A stretch of DNA of 64,000 nucleotides from Carpediemonas membranifera BICM (GCA_019828565.1 JAHDYR010000021.1:1-64000); one strand, 5' to 3'. Counted from the first letter of the stretch, positions 22,382 through 34,738 are shown. The notes: generated by a model not told the origin, from the sequence alone. Program-made: numbers and translations.

Positions 22382-24526
22382 CTACCGCTTGGGCTTGAAA
22401 TACACGGCGAGGTGACTCCTCGCGAGGCTCTTGGGCAGCACAACTTGCCCACTCTCGACAGCAGCAGACCGCAGCATCTTGTCGAAGTCAGACTGCACGA
22501 AGACCCACTCGAAGTCGCCGATGTCCGCGGTAAACCCGACCTGGTCGGAGATGCTGGACACAAGGGCCGTCGAGTCCTCTGGAGACTCGGGAATGAGGTC
22601 ATCATGCGTCAGCTTGCCCGCGCTCAGGGAGAACCGCTCGCGGTGGACAGAGCCCATGCTGTAGCGCAGGAAGCCGACCACGGAGAGTGGGGCGACGACG
22701 AGCGTGTCCGGGAGCTCGAGCGCGGCCGGGTATCTCACACGCCCCTTCATCTTCTGAGCGGTCTTTGGTTGGTCTGTGTCGCGTGTGATGAGCTCGACGG
22801 TCCAGTCCCGCGTGGCGGTCAGCTGGCGGCTGCGGCGGCATCTGTTGCGGTCAAACAGGTCGACGGCCTCGGGCTCCTCGGCGGGCTCAGCTGGCGCCTC
22901 ACTCCCATCGCTGTCCTCCTCCTCCTCTTCGCCCTCGGACCCGTCATGCTCTGCCTCTGCCTCTGGCTCCTTCTCCTCGAGCTCCTCACCGCCCTCGTCT
23001 TCATCCTGGTCAACCTCATCGTCGTCAACCTCACTGACAATCTCCATCTCCTCCTCCCCAGGCCAGCCATCCATGCCATGCAGCGCCTCCAGCAGCACCC
23101 TGGCAAGCATGGGGTAGCCCTCGAGCGTGTTATGGTACGGTATGACCACCCCAAGCGTCTCCCCCGCCAGCCCGTCGTGGCCCCGCACCATGAAGTCGAA
23201 CGCGGCCTCAGTCCAACCCATAGCCTCCACCTCCTCGCGGTAGAAGCGCCACACAGCCCTCATGCTGCAAACTGGGCAGTATTTCTCGAACTCGAAGCGG
23301 CGGCCCTTGACTGATGATGGCACCGGCTGTCCGATGCAGCCTAGGCGATCGGCACAGCAGGGGTGGAACTGGGCCTTGCAGCCCGGGTCTGAGCATGAGA
23401 TGGTTGCGCCCACGCGCCTGCCGCAGACCATGCAAGGGTGACGGGCCTGCTTGGCAGCCTTACGGAGGGGCTTGGTCACGATGAGCTCCTTACGCTCGTT
23501 GATGTAGTCGTCCTTCCTGTTTGCATCGCGTGCACACGTGTAGTGGGCGTACTTCCCGTCCTGGTCCGCCCGACTCATCGCCCCGCCAGTACAGTGGCAC
23601 AGGGCGCATGCTGGCAGCTTCTTGGGTGTCTTTGCCGTGTTTCCAGTGTCCGCGCAGACGTTACAGTACCACTGGTCGACGTCCTTCACAACGCGCTTGT
23701 TTGTTCTGTAGCATGAGCAATGGACGGCGACGTCGCACCCTGGACCGTCACACATGACCATGGGGTCGTCGGGGGTGTCCTCATCGAGCATGCAGACGTC
23801 GCATACCTCGCCTTCCGTGACCATGATGTCGTCTCGCTCGATGCCATCGACACCGGCGGCGTCATCGACCTTGGCCCGCTTAGAGGGCTTCTTGGCCGCT
23901 GCCTTTCGCTTGGCTGGCTGCTCGGGCTCGTATTCGTCCTCATCAGCGGCTTCCTCGAGATCTTCGGGGGGTGCGTCGGGGTTGATGCACTCATCCTTGT
24001 GCTCGGCCGCGTGCGAGGGACAATAGACGATTGCATGCTCCTTGAAGCCAGACGCGTGTTCGTTGAACGCGCAGAGAACGTGGACGTGCTTCTTGCACCG
24101 CCTTGCCTTGTGGTCAAGCATATGGCTGCATCGCATTGTCTGACCACCCTTCTTGCCGCAATACTGGCAGTGGTGGCGGCTCGGCGTCAAGTTGGTGATA
24201 CCAGCTGGCCAGGCCATCGTAGCGTCGTCAGCGAAGGTAATGTCATTGATGACGAGCGAGCAGAAGCCATGGATGAACACACCCTCGTAGTTCGTTGGAA
24301 TGAAGCCTTTGCGGGAAGATGGGCCGTTGAGACAGATAGCGCATTCAGGTTTCTTCTTTCCCTTGCGGCATGTGGCGCATAAGTACTTTCCAACGGAAAT
24401 GCCCGAAAAATCTCGCATGCCATAGCATTTGAGGTGCGCTATTGATCCACACTCGACGCATTTGATTGAATCGATGCCGAGATTGGCTTTTGAATTACAT
24501 ATGGAACACCTGTCCACGCCCGACAT
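22382..24526 (-). CDS. Chromatin reader with two PHD-Zn knuckle-ePHD (PZP) modules (BRPF/JADE/AF10-like)
   Basis: Two C4HC3 PHD fingers (e.g. CDVC...MVMCDGPGCDVAVHCSCY...WYCNVC), each followed by an extended PHD; acidic tract. Confidence 0.85.
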   Translation of the reverse strand: MSGVDRCSICNSKANLGIDSIKCVECGSIAHLKCYGMRDFSGISVGKYLCATCRKGKKKPECAICLNGPSSRKGFIPTNYEGVFIHGFCSLVINDITFADDATMAWPAGITNLTPSRHHCQYCGKKGGQTMRCSHMLDHKARRCKKHVHVLCAFNEHASGFKEHAIVYCPSHAAEHKDECINPDAPPEDLEEAADEDEYEPEQPAKRKAAAKKPSKRAKVDDAAGVDGIERDDIMVTEGEVCDVCMLDEDTPDDPMVMCDGPGCDVAVHCSCYRTNKRVVKDVDQWYCNVCADTGNTAKTPKKLPACALCHCTGGAMSRADQDGKYAHYTCARDANRKDDYINERKELIVTKPLRKAAKQARHPCMVCGRRVGATISCSDPGCKAQFHPCCADRLGCIGQPVPSSVKGRRFEFEKYCPVCSMRAVWRFYREEVEAMGWTEAAFDFMVRGHDGLAGETLGVVIPYHNTLEGYPMLARVLLEALHGMDGWPGEEEMEIVSEVDDDEVDQDEDEGGEELEEKEPEAEAEHDGSEGEEEEEDSDGSEAPAEPAEEPEAVDLFDRNRCRRSRQLTATRDWTVELITRDTDQPKTAQKMKGRVRYPAALELPDTLVVAPLSVVGFLRYSMGSVHRERFSLSAGKLTHDDLIPESPEDSTALVSSISDQVGFTADIGDFEWVFVQSDFDKMLRSAAVESGQVVLPKSLARSHLAVYFKPKR

Positions 24527-24582
24527 CGAAATGGAGAGCTCTTCGCTCCAAACGTATTGACCAGCAAAAACTGCACATTGAC

Positions 24583-24674
24583 TGTGCTATTGAAGGGTCA
24601 AACAATGTGTTTACTGAGGAGGTTTAGACCCGTGGTGGTGTAAATGGTCCAAACTAGGGGATTTGAATGCATCA
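24583..24674 (-). repeat. 3' LTR (92 bp)
   Basis: Identical to 29138-29229; preceded on the minus strand by PPT GAAGGAGGGGGGGTAG. Confidence 0.95.
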
Positions 24675-24700
24675 CTACCCCCCCTCCTTCAATGCGATGT

Positions 24701-27700
24701 CTAATCCTGCCGAGTGCCATTTGATTGGCGGGCCGACATTCTGAGCTTCAAATCATCAAACCGCTTCATGGCTTCCTCTAGGGGTGTATTCACCTGCAGG
24801 TACTGCTGAAGTATCGCATTGCCTCTCATATCCTCGTCTGTTGGGTTTCTCCACGTGTCGTCTGCTGGTTCGTATCCTAACCAGCGCACCTTCACCTCTG
24901 GCGTCTTCATCACGTCCTTCTTGATCCTGTGCGTGACGATCTCTTTGATATACGTGTGCATACGGTCCTTGGCGCATTCTGCCTTCGCCTTCTCCTCATC
25001 CCAGTCGCCTTCTGCGAGCTTCAGATGCTTCACGTGCTTCTTATACGTCTTGTTCGTCTCGGGGTCCCTTATCACGAACGAGCTGGCGTTTCCAGGTGCC
25101 TTCTTGACCACCTGAAGTGGGCCTCTCCATCGTAGCTGGTACTTCCCTCTCTGTTCTGCATCCCTGTCGACCATGACCCACGCCTTGGCTGTGATACGGG
25201 TCGGTGTCCTCTTGTTGTGCTTGTCCTGTCTGGCCTTGGCCGCGTCGTACGTCTTCTTCGCCGCGTCCCTGCGCTGTTGAGCTCTCATCTTCTCGTTCCG
25301 GACCATCTTGTCAATGACGTCCGTAACGTCGGCTCTCTCCTGGTTCGACAGTGTCATCTTCCCTTCCCGCTCTGTGGACACCACTAGCTTCCAGGGTGAC
25401 GTGCCTGTCGTGGCAGATCTAGCCTGGTTGATGATGTTCTGAACCGCTGGCAGTAGGCCCATCCATTGCTTCGTGCCGCGCTGATGCATCTCGTCCCTGA
25501 GGTGGCGGTTCACTTCGCGATTCCTGCGCTCAACGATCCCATTCTCCTCGTGATGGTACGGGGTGGTCGTCTTCGCGCCCCCGCCTAGCTCTGCCGCGAA
25601 CGACTTGAACTCCTTCGAGTCGAACTGCCGTCCGCTATCGGTCACCCACTCGACCGGGGGCGGGAAGTGTGTGAGGTATCTTTCCCTGATTGCTCTGATG
25701 GTGGCGGCGGAGGTCACCGTCTTCAGTGGGCACAGGGTGACCCACCTCGTCGACTCCTCCACCAGCACCAGGATGTACCGGTAACCCTGGTCTGCCTCTG
25801 CCATGTTGATGGTGTCGGCGAACACGCGACTGAACGGCGACGCTGGCATGCGCAGCTGCTCCTGATATTGCTCGCGTGACCGGTGTTCGGCGTTCTTCTG
25901 GCACACGGGGCACTCCTTAACCATCCTCTGGACGTCCGTGTCCGCAGTGTCCCAGCGCAATCCCTTATCCTCGAGCTTCCACAGCGTCTGGTCAACCCCG
26001 TGGTGACCGGTGCCAGGTCCGTGAACGGACTTGAAGCGTGGCAGCTTCTGGGACTCGGGTATGGCCGGGAACGTGCCCTCCTCTTCGGGCTCGGCGTCAA
26101 GGGTGTCGCCCTCGTCTGTCCCGGCTGCTTCCTCGGTGTCGCTTTCGTCTGCCTCGTCGCGCTCGCGGTCAGGCTGTCCTGCCGCCTCTTCGCGGAACCG
26201 AACTCTCGGCTCGTCGGCGGCGACTTCTTCCGACTCTTCCTCCGCTGCGTCGACTGCACACATCACGGACACGATCGCACCCCTGCTGCTCTGGTGTCAG
26301 GCTCTCGGCTTCTGCGCGGGGCATTCTGGACAGGCCGTCCGCGACCGTATTAGACTTACCAGGCACGTGGGTGATGCTGAACTTGAGGTTGCCCAGCTCA
26401 AGTGCCCAGCGCTGCACCATGGGGTCGACGTTGCCCCCACGTGTACACGAGGTTACGGTGGTCCGTGAACATCTCAAACTCCCCTTGTGGCTAGGAACCG
26501 TCTCATCTTCCTCGTGGCCGCTATGATGGCGAATGCCTCCTTGCGGTAGGTGCTCCACTTGCGCTGGCTTGCTGTCAGGGCCTTGGAGAAGAACATCACA
26601 GGTCGCTTCGACCCGTCGTCCTCGACTCTGACCAGCACTGCGCCGACACCGGTGTCGGACGCGTCGGTGAACAGCTGTAGGCGGTCGTCAGGGCCCGGTG
26701 TGACCAACAGTGTGGGGGAGGTGACGATCTTCTTCAGTCTCTTGAACGCCTCTCTCTGGGGGTCGCCCCACACGAACGTCTGGCCCTTGATCTCCAGCTT
26801 GCGGATCGGCTCGGTGATGTCCGCGTAGCCGGGGATGAACTGGGAGAAGAAGTTGAAGATGCCCAATGTGGACCTGACGTCACTCACGTTTGTCGGGTCG
26901 GGCAGCTCCTGGACACCCTGGACGCGCCATGGGGGATGCGCTTTCCCTCCGCCGACACTATCCATCCGAGGTACTCCACCTCCGTCAACCCGAAAAAGCA
27001 CTTGTTCTTGTTGAGCTTCAGCTTCTTCTCTCGCACCCGGTCCATCACCCGCATCAGGTTCGCCTGGTACTCTTCCCAGGTCGACCCATAGACGATGATG
27101 TCGTCCACGTACACAAGACACGCCGTGCCCAGCATGTCCGCGAAAGCCTCCTCTAAGGCCTCTTGCATATGGCCAGCCGCGGTGGCAAGGCCGAACGGCA
27201 TCGTAGTGTAGGTATAGTGCCCCTTGGAGTACGTGAACGCCAGGTACTCCTGTGTGTCGGGGTGCACCGGGACCTGATGGAAGGCCTTGCTGAGGTCAAG
27301 TGCTGCGAAGTACTTGTTGCCCCTCAGCCTCTCGATCAGCTCTTCCGTCGACGGCAAGTCGTGCTGAGTCATGGACGCCAGGAGCTCGTTCAGTGGCGAG
27401 TAGTCCATGCACGGCCGCCACGTCCCGGCCTTCTTCCGCACCATGACCACTGAGCTGCTCCAGGGAGACTTGGTTGGGATGATGATCCCGCTTTCCTCCA
27501 GCTTCTGCATCTCTGACCGGAGTTCATCCTCCACCTGTCTTGGGAACCTTCGGGGCAGACGGAAGTAGGGTCGGGCGTCCTTCTTCAGCGTGACCTTGAA
27601 CGGCTTAAGGTCTGCTGGTTCGCCTGCATCGCCGAAGCAGTCGCTGTATCTCTCGGCCCAGTCCTCTGTGAGCTTGGAGATGACCTGGATGGGGTCTGCT

Positions 27701-29124
27701 TCGGTGTCAAGGTTGCGGTTGATTAGGCCGAGGGAGTCAATCACCTCCATGTTGATGAGGAACGACTCGGCCTTGTCCATCGCATACCAGGTCGGCGTCG
27801 CGGTGACCTCTCTGTCGAGGTGGAGGGTGATCGGCACATCTGACAACACTCGGTAGACCCTCCTCATCGACTCGTCAGCCAAGCGGACTGTCTCGCCCCG
27901 CGTGGCGATCTTCAGTCCCTTCTCGACGGCCCAGTCCCTCGGCACGACGCTGAACGAGGAGCAGGTGTCCATGCGGACGATCAACTCTTCGCCCAGCAGA
28001 CTGGCCTTCTCCTGCCAGATAGTCTTGGACGCTAACATAAAACAGAAAGGATACTCAGATGGCTTTACAACTGTGCACTGGTGCGACTTGTGGCCGAACT
28101 CGCCGCACCTGAAGCACTTCGGCTCCTCGTGTGGGCAGTCGGCCGAGTCGTGACCCTTTTCGCCGCAGTTGAAGCAGCCGCGGCCCCCTTGCCGCCGCTC
28201 AGGCTTGGCCCCCTCGGCCGCGCCGTCATTGCGTCTGCGCTCTCCCGTCCTCGCTGGCATCTTCCGCTCCTCTCTCGGCTTGCTCTGCAGTGACTCGAGC
28301 TGCTTCTGTAGGGCCGCGAGCCGGCTGCTCGGCACCAGGTCAAACTCTCGCATGGCATCTGTTCGGGCCCGTAGGTACTTTGCTATGACCTTCAACGACT
28401 TCGCGACTGTTGACTTGGAAAGAACAACAGAGCGAAGAGACGATGCGATCGTCTCGTCATCGAGGCTCGCCAGAACGATCTCCTGGAGCTCTCTAGCATC
28501 CAGGGATCCGACCTTCTCGAACAGATCTACCATATCCGTGAACACATGGCGGTAACGGGTGAAAGAGGTCTCACGGAGCTTGCGAAGCTCGCGGTACGCG
28601 CGCTGAAGACTGATATTGGTTAGTGTGGCCTCAGCCATCACCACCCAGCGCTCATCGCGCTTCCTCCTCGTTGTCTTCGCCTCCTTCTTCTCTTGGTCTT
28701 GAGCCATGATGTACCGGAGCAAAGCGTCGTCCCGGGCGGTCGTCTTGCCGCTTGTCTTCTTCTTCCGGGCCGGGTTAGCGATGAGTGTGCTCCGGGCGTC
28801 ATCCTCGGAGTCGCTCTGGGCGTGCGCGTCTTCGCCGCCCCTGCTGCTGTCGCTACCCTCGTTGGCGCTGAACATCTCCTCGTCGTCTTCACTCGAGCTG
28901 TCAGAGCTGTCATCGGAGCTTTCGTCGTCCTCCAGAGCTTGGTATGCGTCCTTGATACTTGTTCTCACTTTCGCGTCGATGCACTCGAAGAGGGTCTTCG
29001 GCTTGACCTCATCTTCAGCATAGAGTGCGTAGCTCATGCGGAACCTCACCCAGTCGGCTGCAGTGTGCCGGAGATACTTCGGGTAAGTCCCTTTTGGGTC
29101 GTCGTCATCGTCATCCTTCTTCAT
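24701..29124 (-). CDS. Gag-Pol polyprotein, interrupted by ~4 homopolymer frameshifts
   Basis: Two CCHC knuckles, protease MDTCS, RT LDLSKAFHQ/MPFGL/YVDD, RNase H TDAS/TDHRNL/ADGLSR, integrase GHHG..CPVC, TDSG, ENGIVER, chromodomain VKVRWLGYEPADDTW. Confidence 0.92.
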
Positions 29125-29137
29125 GCGTAGTAATTAC

Positions 29138-29229
29138 TGTGCTATTGAAGGGTCAAACAATGTGTTTACTGAGGAGGTTTAGACCCGTGGTGGTGTAAAT
29201 GGTCCAAACTAGGGGATTTGAATGCATCA
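29138..29229 (-). repeat. 5' LTR (92 bp)
   Basis: Identical to 24583-24674. Confidence 0.95.
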
Positions 29230-29379
29230 TTGACTCCAGAAAACTGCCCTCCAACAACCATAAACCTGGTCACTCAGACCCTGGGCGCGCGAGCTGGTGC
29301 CAGTCAAGCTACACGAGGTCCGCGGCGAGCGGAGGGAGCACGTCGAGGTGGACGTGGCCGGGGACGAATAAACTTGACA

Positions 29380-31286
29380 AACTTTACACAGCTCTCGCGT
29401 CAATGGTCCGGCTGCACCCGCGGCACGTGACCTGCCTCCGGTTCGCGCTGACTGTGGCCGACCGATGGCAGTGGGGGCACGTGACGGTGCGCTGCCTCGC
29501 GACGCCCTCGGGCAGGTCGACTGTCTGGCGCGGCGCCATCTCGCACTGGCCGCCGTTGTGGGCCATGTGCTCTTCCTGGTTGGCCACGCGGAGCAGGCAC
29601 TTGTGGCAGAAGTCCTGGCCGCACGGGCACTTCGACATCTTGCAGCTGTCCAGGTCGCCTTCGCGCGAGGTCAGCTCGCCGCACGTGGGGCAGCGGCGGA
29701 TGACGGGGACGTCCACAGCGGCGCCTCTGCCGAGCGTGACCAGGCGGCACGTCTGCAGGATGTCGTTCTGCTCGACGAGCGTCCTGATCTCGGCGCGCGA
29801 GTATGCCTGCTGGCGCCGCGGGATGACGTAGAAGTCGGCTGCCGCGCCTGCTGCGGCAGGGGCCGAGTCGAGCACCGCCTGGCGCATCTGGCCGGCGTCC
29901 TCCAGACGAGGGAGGCGGGCGGCGCCCGTGCAGTCGGCGTACACGCGGTGGTGGTCGTGGAGGGTCACGCCGACGGAGCCGGGCTGGGGGAACTGGCCGC
30001 CGAACACGTGGAAGGCGAAGCGGCGGCGCGTCTCGTCGTCCTCGAGCACGGCACGGAGGGCGTCCTGCACGCCCTGGCTGTCCGCGGGGAAGCGCAGCGG
30101 GGCGAGCACGGCGGCGACCGTGAGCGGGTTGGGGCGCACAAGCAGGGCCCGCAGCTGGGCGGCCGTCAGCGCGAGGACCTTCTCGCTGAAGCGCGTCTTC
30201 GCGGCCATGCCGTTGCGGACGATCTGCATGCGCTCGGCGAAGCGGCGTCTCACCTCGTCGCCGTACGCCTTGAGGTCGCCCTCGAAGCCCTCGAGCGGAC
30301 ACGCGGCCGCAGCCTCCGCAACAGACCGCTGCAGCGCCCGGGCGACGATGGGCATCAGCGCTCCCAGGTCGACGCGGCCGCCCGTGAGCGCGACGAGCCA
30401 GGCGTCGCTGACCATGTCCGCGGGCAGGGTGATGCCGTCGAGCAGCATGAGCTGCAGCACGCGGCCGAGCCCCAGCAGGACCGGGCGCAGGTCGTCGAGC
30501 GGCATGTCGAGGGCGTCGGGCGTGAAGACCAGCGTGCCCTCGCGGAAGATGGGCACAGGTAACTCCATGCCCCCGACGGCCTGGCGGACGGCCACATGCG
30601 GCAGCTCGACGACCAGGTCGGGCAGGGCCTTCGCGGAGTCGTCGCCCGAGAGCGTCGCGGGGATGGCGAACAGGTCCTCCTCGCACGCGGCGATGCTGGC
30701 CAGGCTCGCCGAAACGTCGTCAGCGAGGGCGATGTCGACCGGGTCCTCGCGGAACATCTGCAGGCGCACGCGGTCGATGTCGTCGACGAAGGCGTGGGCG
30801 TTCGCGAACCTGCTGCTCGCCGCGTTGAGGTCGACCTCAGGGTCCAGCTCGTTGGCAGCGGCAGCGAAGAGGCCGTCGGCCAGGGCGCGGCGGACGGACC
30901 AGCGGGCCTCGGGGTGGGTGGCGAGCATGCCGGAGAGCACGTCGCGCAGGGCGTCGGGGACGGCGACGGTGGCGAGCAGGGCTGTGCAGAGAGTGTCGTT
31001 GTTGACGGCCGAGGCGGATGCGAGGTCGCCCATGAGAAGAGCGAGCAGCCTCTGGCAGAAGGCGGGGTAGTCCGGCGCCATGGCCCCGAGCATCGTCAGG
31101 CCCGCGTGGTAAACGTCGGCGGTCTGCTGCTCGCGGTGGCTCAGCTTCTTCCCTGCATTGCGCGCGGCGATCTCCTCGGGCGCGCTGAAGGCGAGCGTGC
31201 CGATGTTGACTCCGGTCGCGGTCGCGTTCACGGCGTCCATGTTCGAGGCCGTCTCGAAGTCGACGAGCACGGGGTGGCCCTCGCGC

Positions 31287-31319
<33 letters not shown>

Positions 31320-34300
31320 CAGACGCCCGCGCTGTGCAGGTCGTGGATCGCGGTGAGCAGGCCGTGGAGCAGTCTGCGCAGGCTGTCGGGCGAGTCGGCT
31401 GGGGCGTCGCGCAGATGGCGCTCGAGGCGCTCCATGACGATCGTGCAGGTCTGCTCGGCGCTGTCGACGAGGACGAAGTGCAGCCTGGGCACGGCGGGGC
31501 TGTGCGTCATGCGCGACAGGATGCCCGCCTCGCGGTCGCAGAGCTTGCGATGGTGCTCGGTGTCGAGCTTGAAGGTCTTGGCGATGAAGGTCTGGCCGTC
31601 GCGGGTCACGATCTGGCACAGCGCTCTGTTCTCGCTGACGGTCGACTCCACGGTGAAGTCGGACAGCGACAGGTCGGCGCGCATCTCGGGGAGGTCCATG
31701 AGGTGGGCCAGCCCCATCTCGCGCAGCTCGGCAAAGAGGCTGGCCGACGGCGCGGTGAGGGCCTCCAGCTCGGGGCAGAGCCGGACGAGCTGCGGCGTGC
31801 GGCGGGAAAGAACATCCTTCATGTGTGCCAGCTTGACTATGACGGAGTCTAGTTCCTTCTGCGCTTCGTCAAGCTTGCCGACGCCGTGTTTGCGTTTCCT
31901 GCTGAAGAAGTCGACATCTTCTTCGAGATCTTCGGCCTTGCTCTTCAGGTGCTGGTAGTCGCCCAGCGACCGGAGCTGCGCAGTGATGGCGTCGGCCTCG
32001 GCGAACCCAGCCAGGTGGTCCTCAGCCTCGGCGGCCAGGCCAGTCAACTGGCGAATGGTGCGCTCCTCAGCGCTCGTGTCCTCGCCAAGCTCCTTCCGAC
32101 TGAGGGCACACTGCCACGTCACGCGGACGGCCGGCTGGAGGAAGGCGCGGAGCGTGGCGTACCTGGCCTGCAGCTCGGGCGCGAGGGTGGGGAAGTCGAC
32201 GACCTCGTTGTCAGCGGCCTCGAGCATGCGGGCCATCTCGTCGAGCGAGGGGAGAGACTCGAAGGCGGCGGCGCCGTCGACGATGGCCGAGGCCGCCTGG
32301 TAGGCAGCGCTGACAGCGGCGATCCTGGCCTCGAGCGCCTCGACCCCGGCCCTGGCCTGGGCGATGACCGCCTCGTACTCGGCGATGCGGGTCTCTGGGT
32401 GGCGTCTGGCCGGGCCGAGTCGGCTGATGAGACCAGCGGGCGACGGAGTGTCGTCAGTGTCAAGTGTTGGCATGGCGACCGAGAGCAGGGGGTGGCCCTC
32501 GAGCGTGGCGCTCAGCACAGCAGCCTTGTCAGCAGCGGCGAAGGTCATGATGGCCTGGAAGGACGAAATGGTGGTCCTCGCCTTAGATAGTTCTGCCCGG
32601 AGACTGGCGTTCTCATCGTGACTCACATCCAATCTCTCACTCCAAAGCTTGCAGTTCGCCTGTGATGTGATTGCGTCAACGGCATCATTATGCGGACCTT
32701 CGGCCACAAACAGTCCACCCGCCATTCTGATCATGGACGAAATCGGGGCGGCCATGGCGATGCGGAGATCGCGTGGGGCGACCTGCGATGAGGCCACGCG
32801 AGAGACGACCTGCCTCAGCTGGCCGATAGTCGCGTCAACCAGGACAACGTCCGAGACGGCGCCCGAGCAGAAGTCGGCAACAATCTGGTCGCACCTGCAT
32901 TCGTTGAAGAGCTTGATGAGCTTGGCCAGCTCGGCGTCCTTGGAGTCTATCTTGGCGAACTTGTCCTCCAGCCAGACTCTGGCGGCGGGGCGGGTCAGCG
33001 TCATCGTGAAGGAGCGGGGCAGACCAGTGGCGAGGAAGTGGAGGAGGATGCGAGCGGTGTCGCTGATGAGTACTTCTGAGCCGTCAGGGTCGATGGCGAT
33101 GTCGGCGTCGGGGGCGACTGGGCTGGAGCAGAGCTGGTTGACGGTGGCCAGGAACTGGGGGGTGCGGGTGAGTGCGCTCCAGACCTTGGCTGTCGTGTCG
33201 CTGGATCCAGACACGATCGTGGTGCCGTCTCTGGAGAACGCGACACCATTCACCCCGCCATTGTGCCCCGAAAACGTCCTGATCAGCGCCCCGGTCGCGA
33301 CGTCCCACTGCATGATGGTGTTGTCGCCAGACCCAGACACCAGAGTCCTGCCGTCGGGGGAGAAGGCGAGGCTCCACACAATATCGGTGTGCCCATCAAG
33401 GGTCCGAGTCAGCTGGTCGGTTGCGGAGTCCCAGAACTTGATGAAGCCAACATTGTCTCCGGATGCGATGATGGTGCCGCTTGGTGATAACGCAACGTTA
33501 CAGACTGGGTTGCCATGGTTCATGGTCCTGATGCATTCGCCAGTAGTGGTGCTCCATTGGTTGATCGTGCCGTCAACACTTCCAGTGTAAATGGTCGAGC
33601 CATCAGGGGAGATGGCCACGCCATGCACGGAATTATTATGCCCTGTTAGTGTCAGCCTGCACTGCCCTGTCTCGACGTCCCAGACCTTGGCGGTTTTGTC
33701 ATACGATCCGGAGACCAGGGTGCGGCCATCGGACGAGAATGCAACACAGTGCACAACATCAGTGTGCCCGCTTTGGGTCTTAGTCACCCGACCTGTGGCT
33801 ACGTTCCAGAGTTTGATGAGACCGTCATCGCCACCATATGCGATGGTCGACCCGTCCGGCGACACGGCATCATAAAAAGCTTCATTTCTAAGTTTCATGG
33901 TCCTGATACAACGACCAGTGGCCGAGTCCCACTGCTTGATTGTGCCATCATCTGATGAAGTGATGATGGTGCCGTCGGGGGCAGTGGCGACACCGAACAG
34001 TGCGTATATGTGCCCAGTCAGTGTCCTGATACACGTATCCTTTCCAATTTCACTTGCGGGCCGCGTGTTCCATGCCTCGAGTGCGAACTCAACCTGGACA
34101 TCGTCATGGTCGGCCTCGAGTCTGCCATCGACCATCGTGACGGTAACAGCGGGCTCAATGAGCTCTATCGTCAGAGTCTCGGGTTCTATACTCTCGCTGA
34201 GTAGGTACTGGATGACCTGCTCGAGGTCCTGGACGGTGATTGGTGTCTCGCCTCGCTTGCGGATCTGGATGCCCTCGGGGCCGGGGTGCTTGGAGCTTGC

Positions 34301-34629
34301 GGTGTGGATATGAGTATCTACTGCTCTGCAGTCCTTGCTGCGTGAGAATGCGGCCTCAATACGTACCACTGGCTGTGTAATCACGGAATTGGCTGATCAA
34401 ACGCGTCAGGCGTGCTGTGTAAAGGAATCGCGATGCAGTAGTGTTGCTGCTGTTGCTACACACCATCTGTGTGAGAATCGCTGGAAACCGCGAACCTTGG
34501 GCATCGTCGCTCCATCGCTTGCCTCGATAACTCGACAAAGACATCGAAGTGAATGCGCTGGTCAGGGGTGAGTCGACGCCGTGCCAGCCCAGGAACTGCA
34601 CAGTGACGCAGGACAGTGGCTCTAGACAG
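29380..34629. repeat. Arm A of a ~5.25 kb inverted segmental duplication (partner 49554-54805)
   Basis: Near-identical reverse complement, including ~245 bp upstream of the ORF. Confidence 0.95.
29384..34384 (-). CDS. WD40 - coiled coil - protein kinase - HECT-like - IBR/RING2-like - Zn ribbon protein (copy 1; start codon uncertain)
   Basis: ~7 WD40 repeats; kinase IAK, HRDLKPEN, DFE, APE; HECT-like LGRVL, RRRFAFHVFG, YADCTGAARLP; CPTC...DSCKMSKCPCGQDFCHKC. Confidence 0.85.
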
Positions 34630-34738
34630 CGTTCATTCTTCACATCGCACCAGCCAAAACTCCATCGGTAGTCGGCGTCAGCACGTCGTGGTTGGCACCG
34701 GACAAGGAGCTTGGTCTGGACACGAGTCAAGTCACCGT

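Larger units (their letters stand above)
24583..29229 (-). mobile_element. Full-length Ty3/gypsy chromovirus-like LTR retrotransposon
   Basis: Identical 92-bp LTRs (TG...CA), TTGAC 5-bp TSD (24578-24582 and 29230-29234), polypurine tract next to the 3' LTR, domain order Gag-PR-RT-RH-IN-chromodomain. Confidence 0.96.

Noticed and set aside
26270-26945. Programmed ribosomal frameshifting in pol
   Set aside because: Four shifts inside RT/RNase H all sit in G/C homopolymers. The satellite shows the same homopolymer noise, so sequencing error is more likely.
29400-33600. Long overlapping antisense and alternate-frame ORFs
   Set aside because: They are shadows of GC-rich coding sequence with no motifs. 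The same applies across the window.
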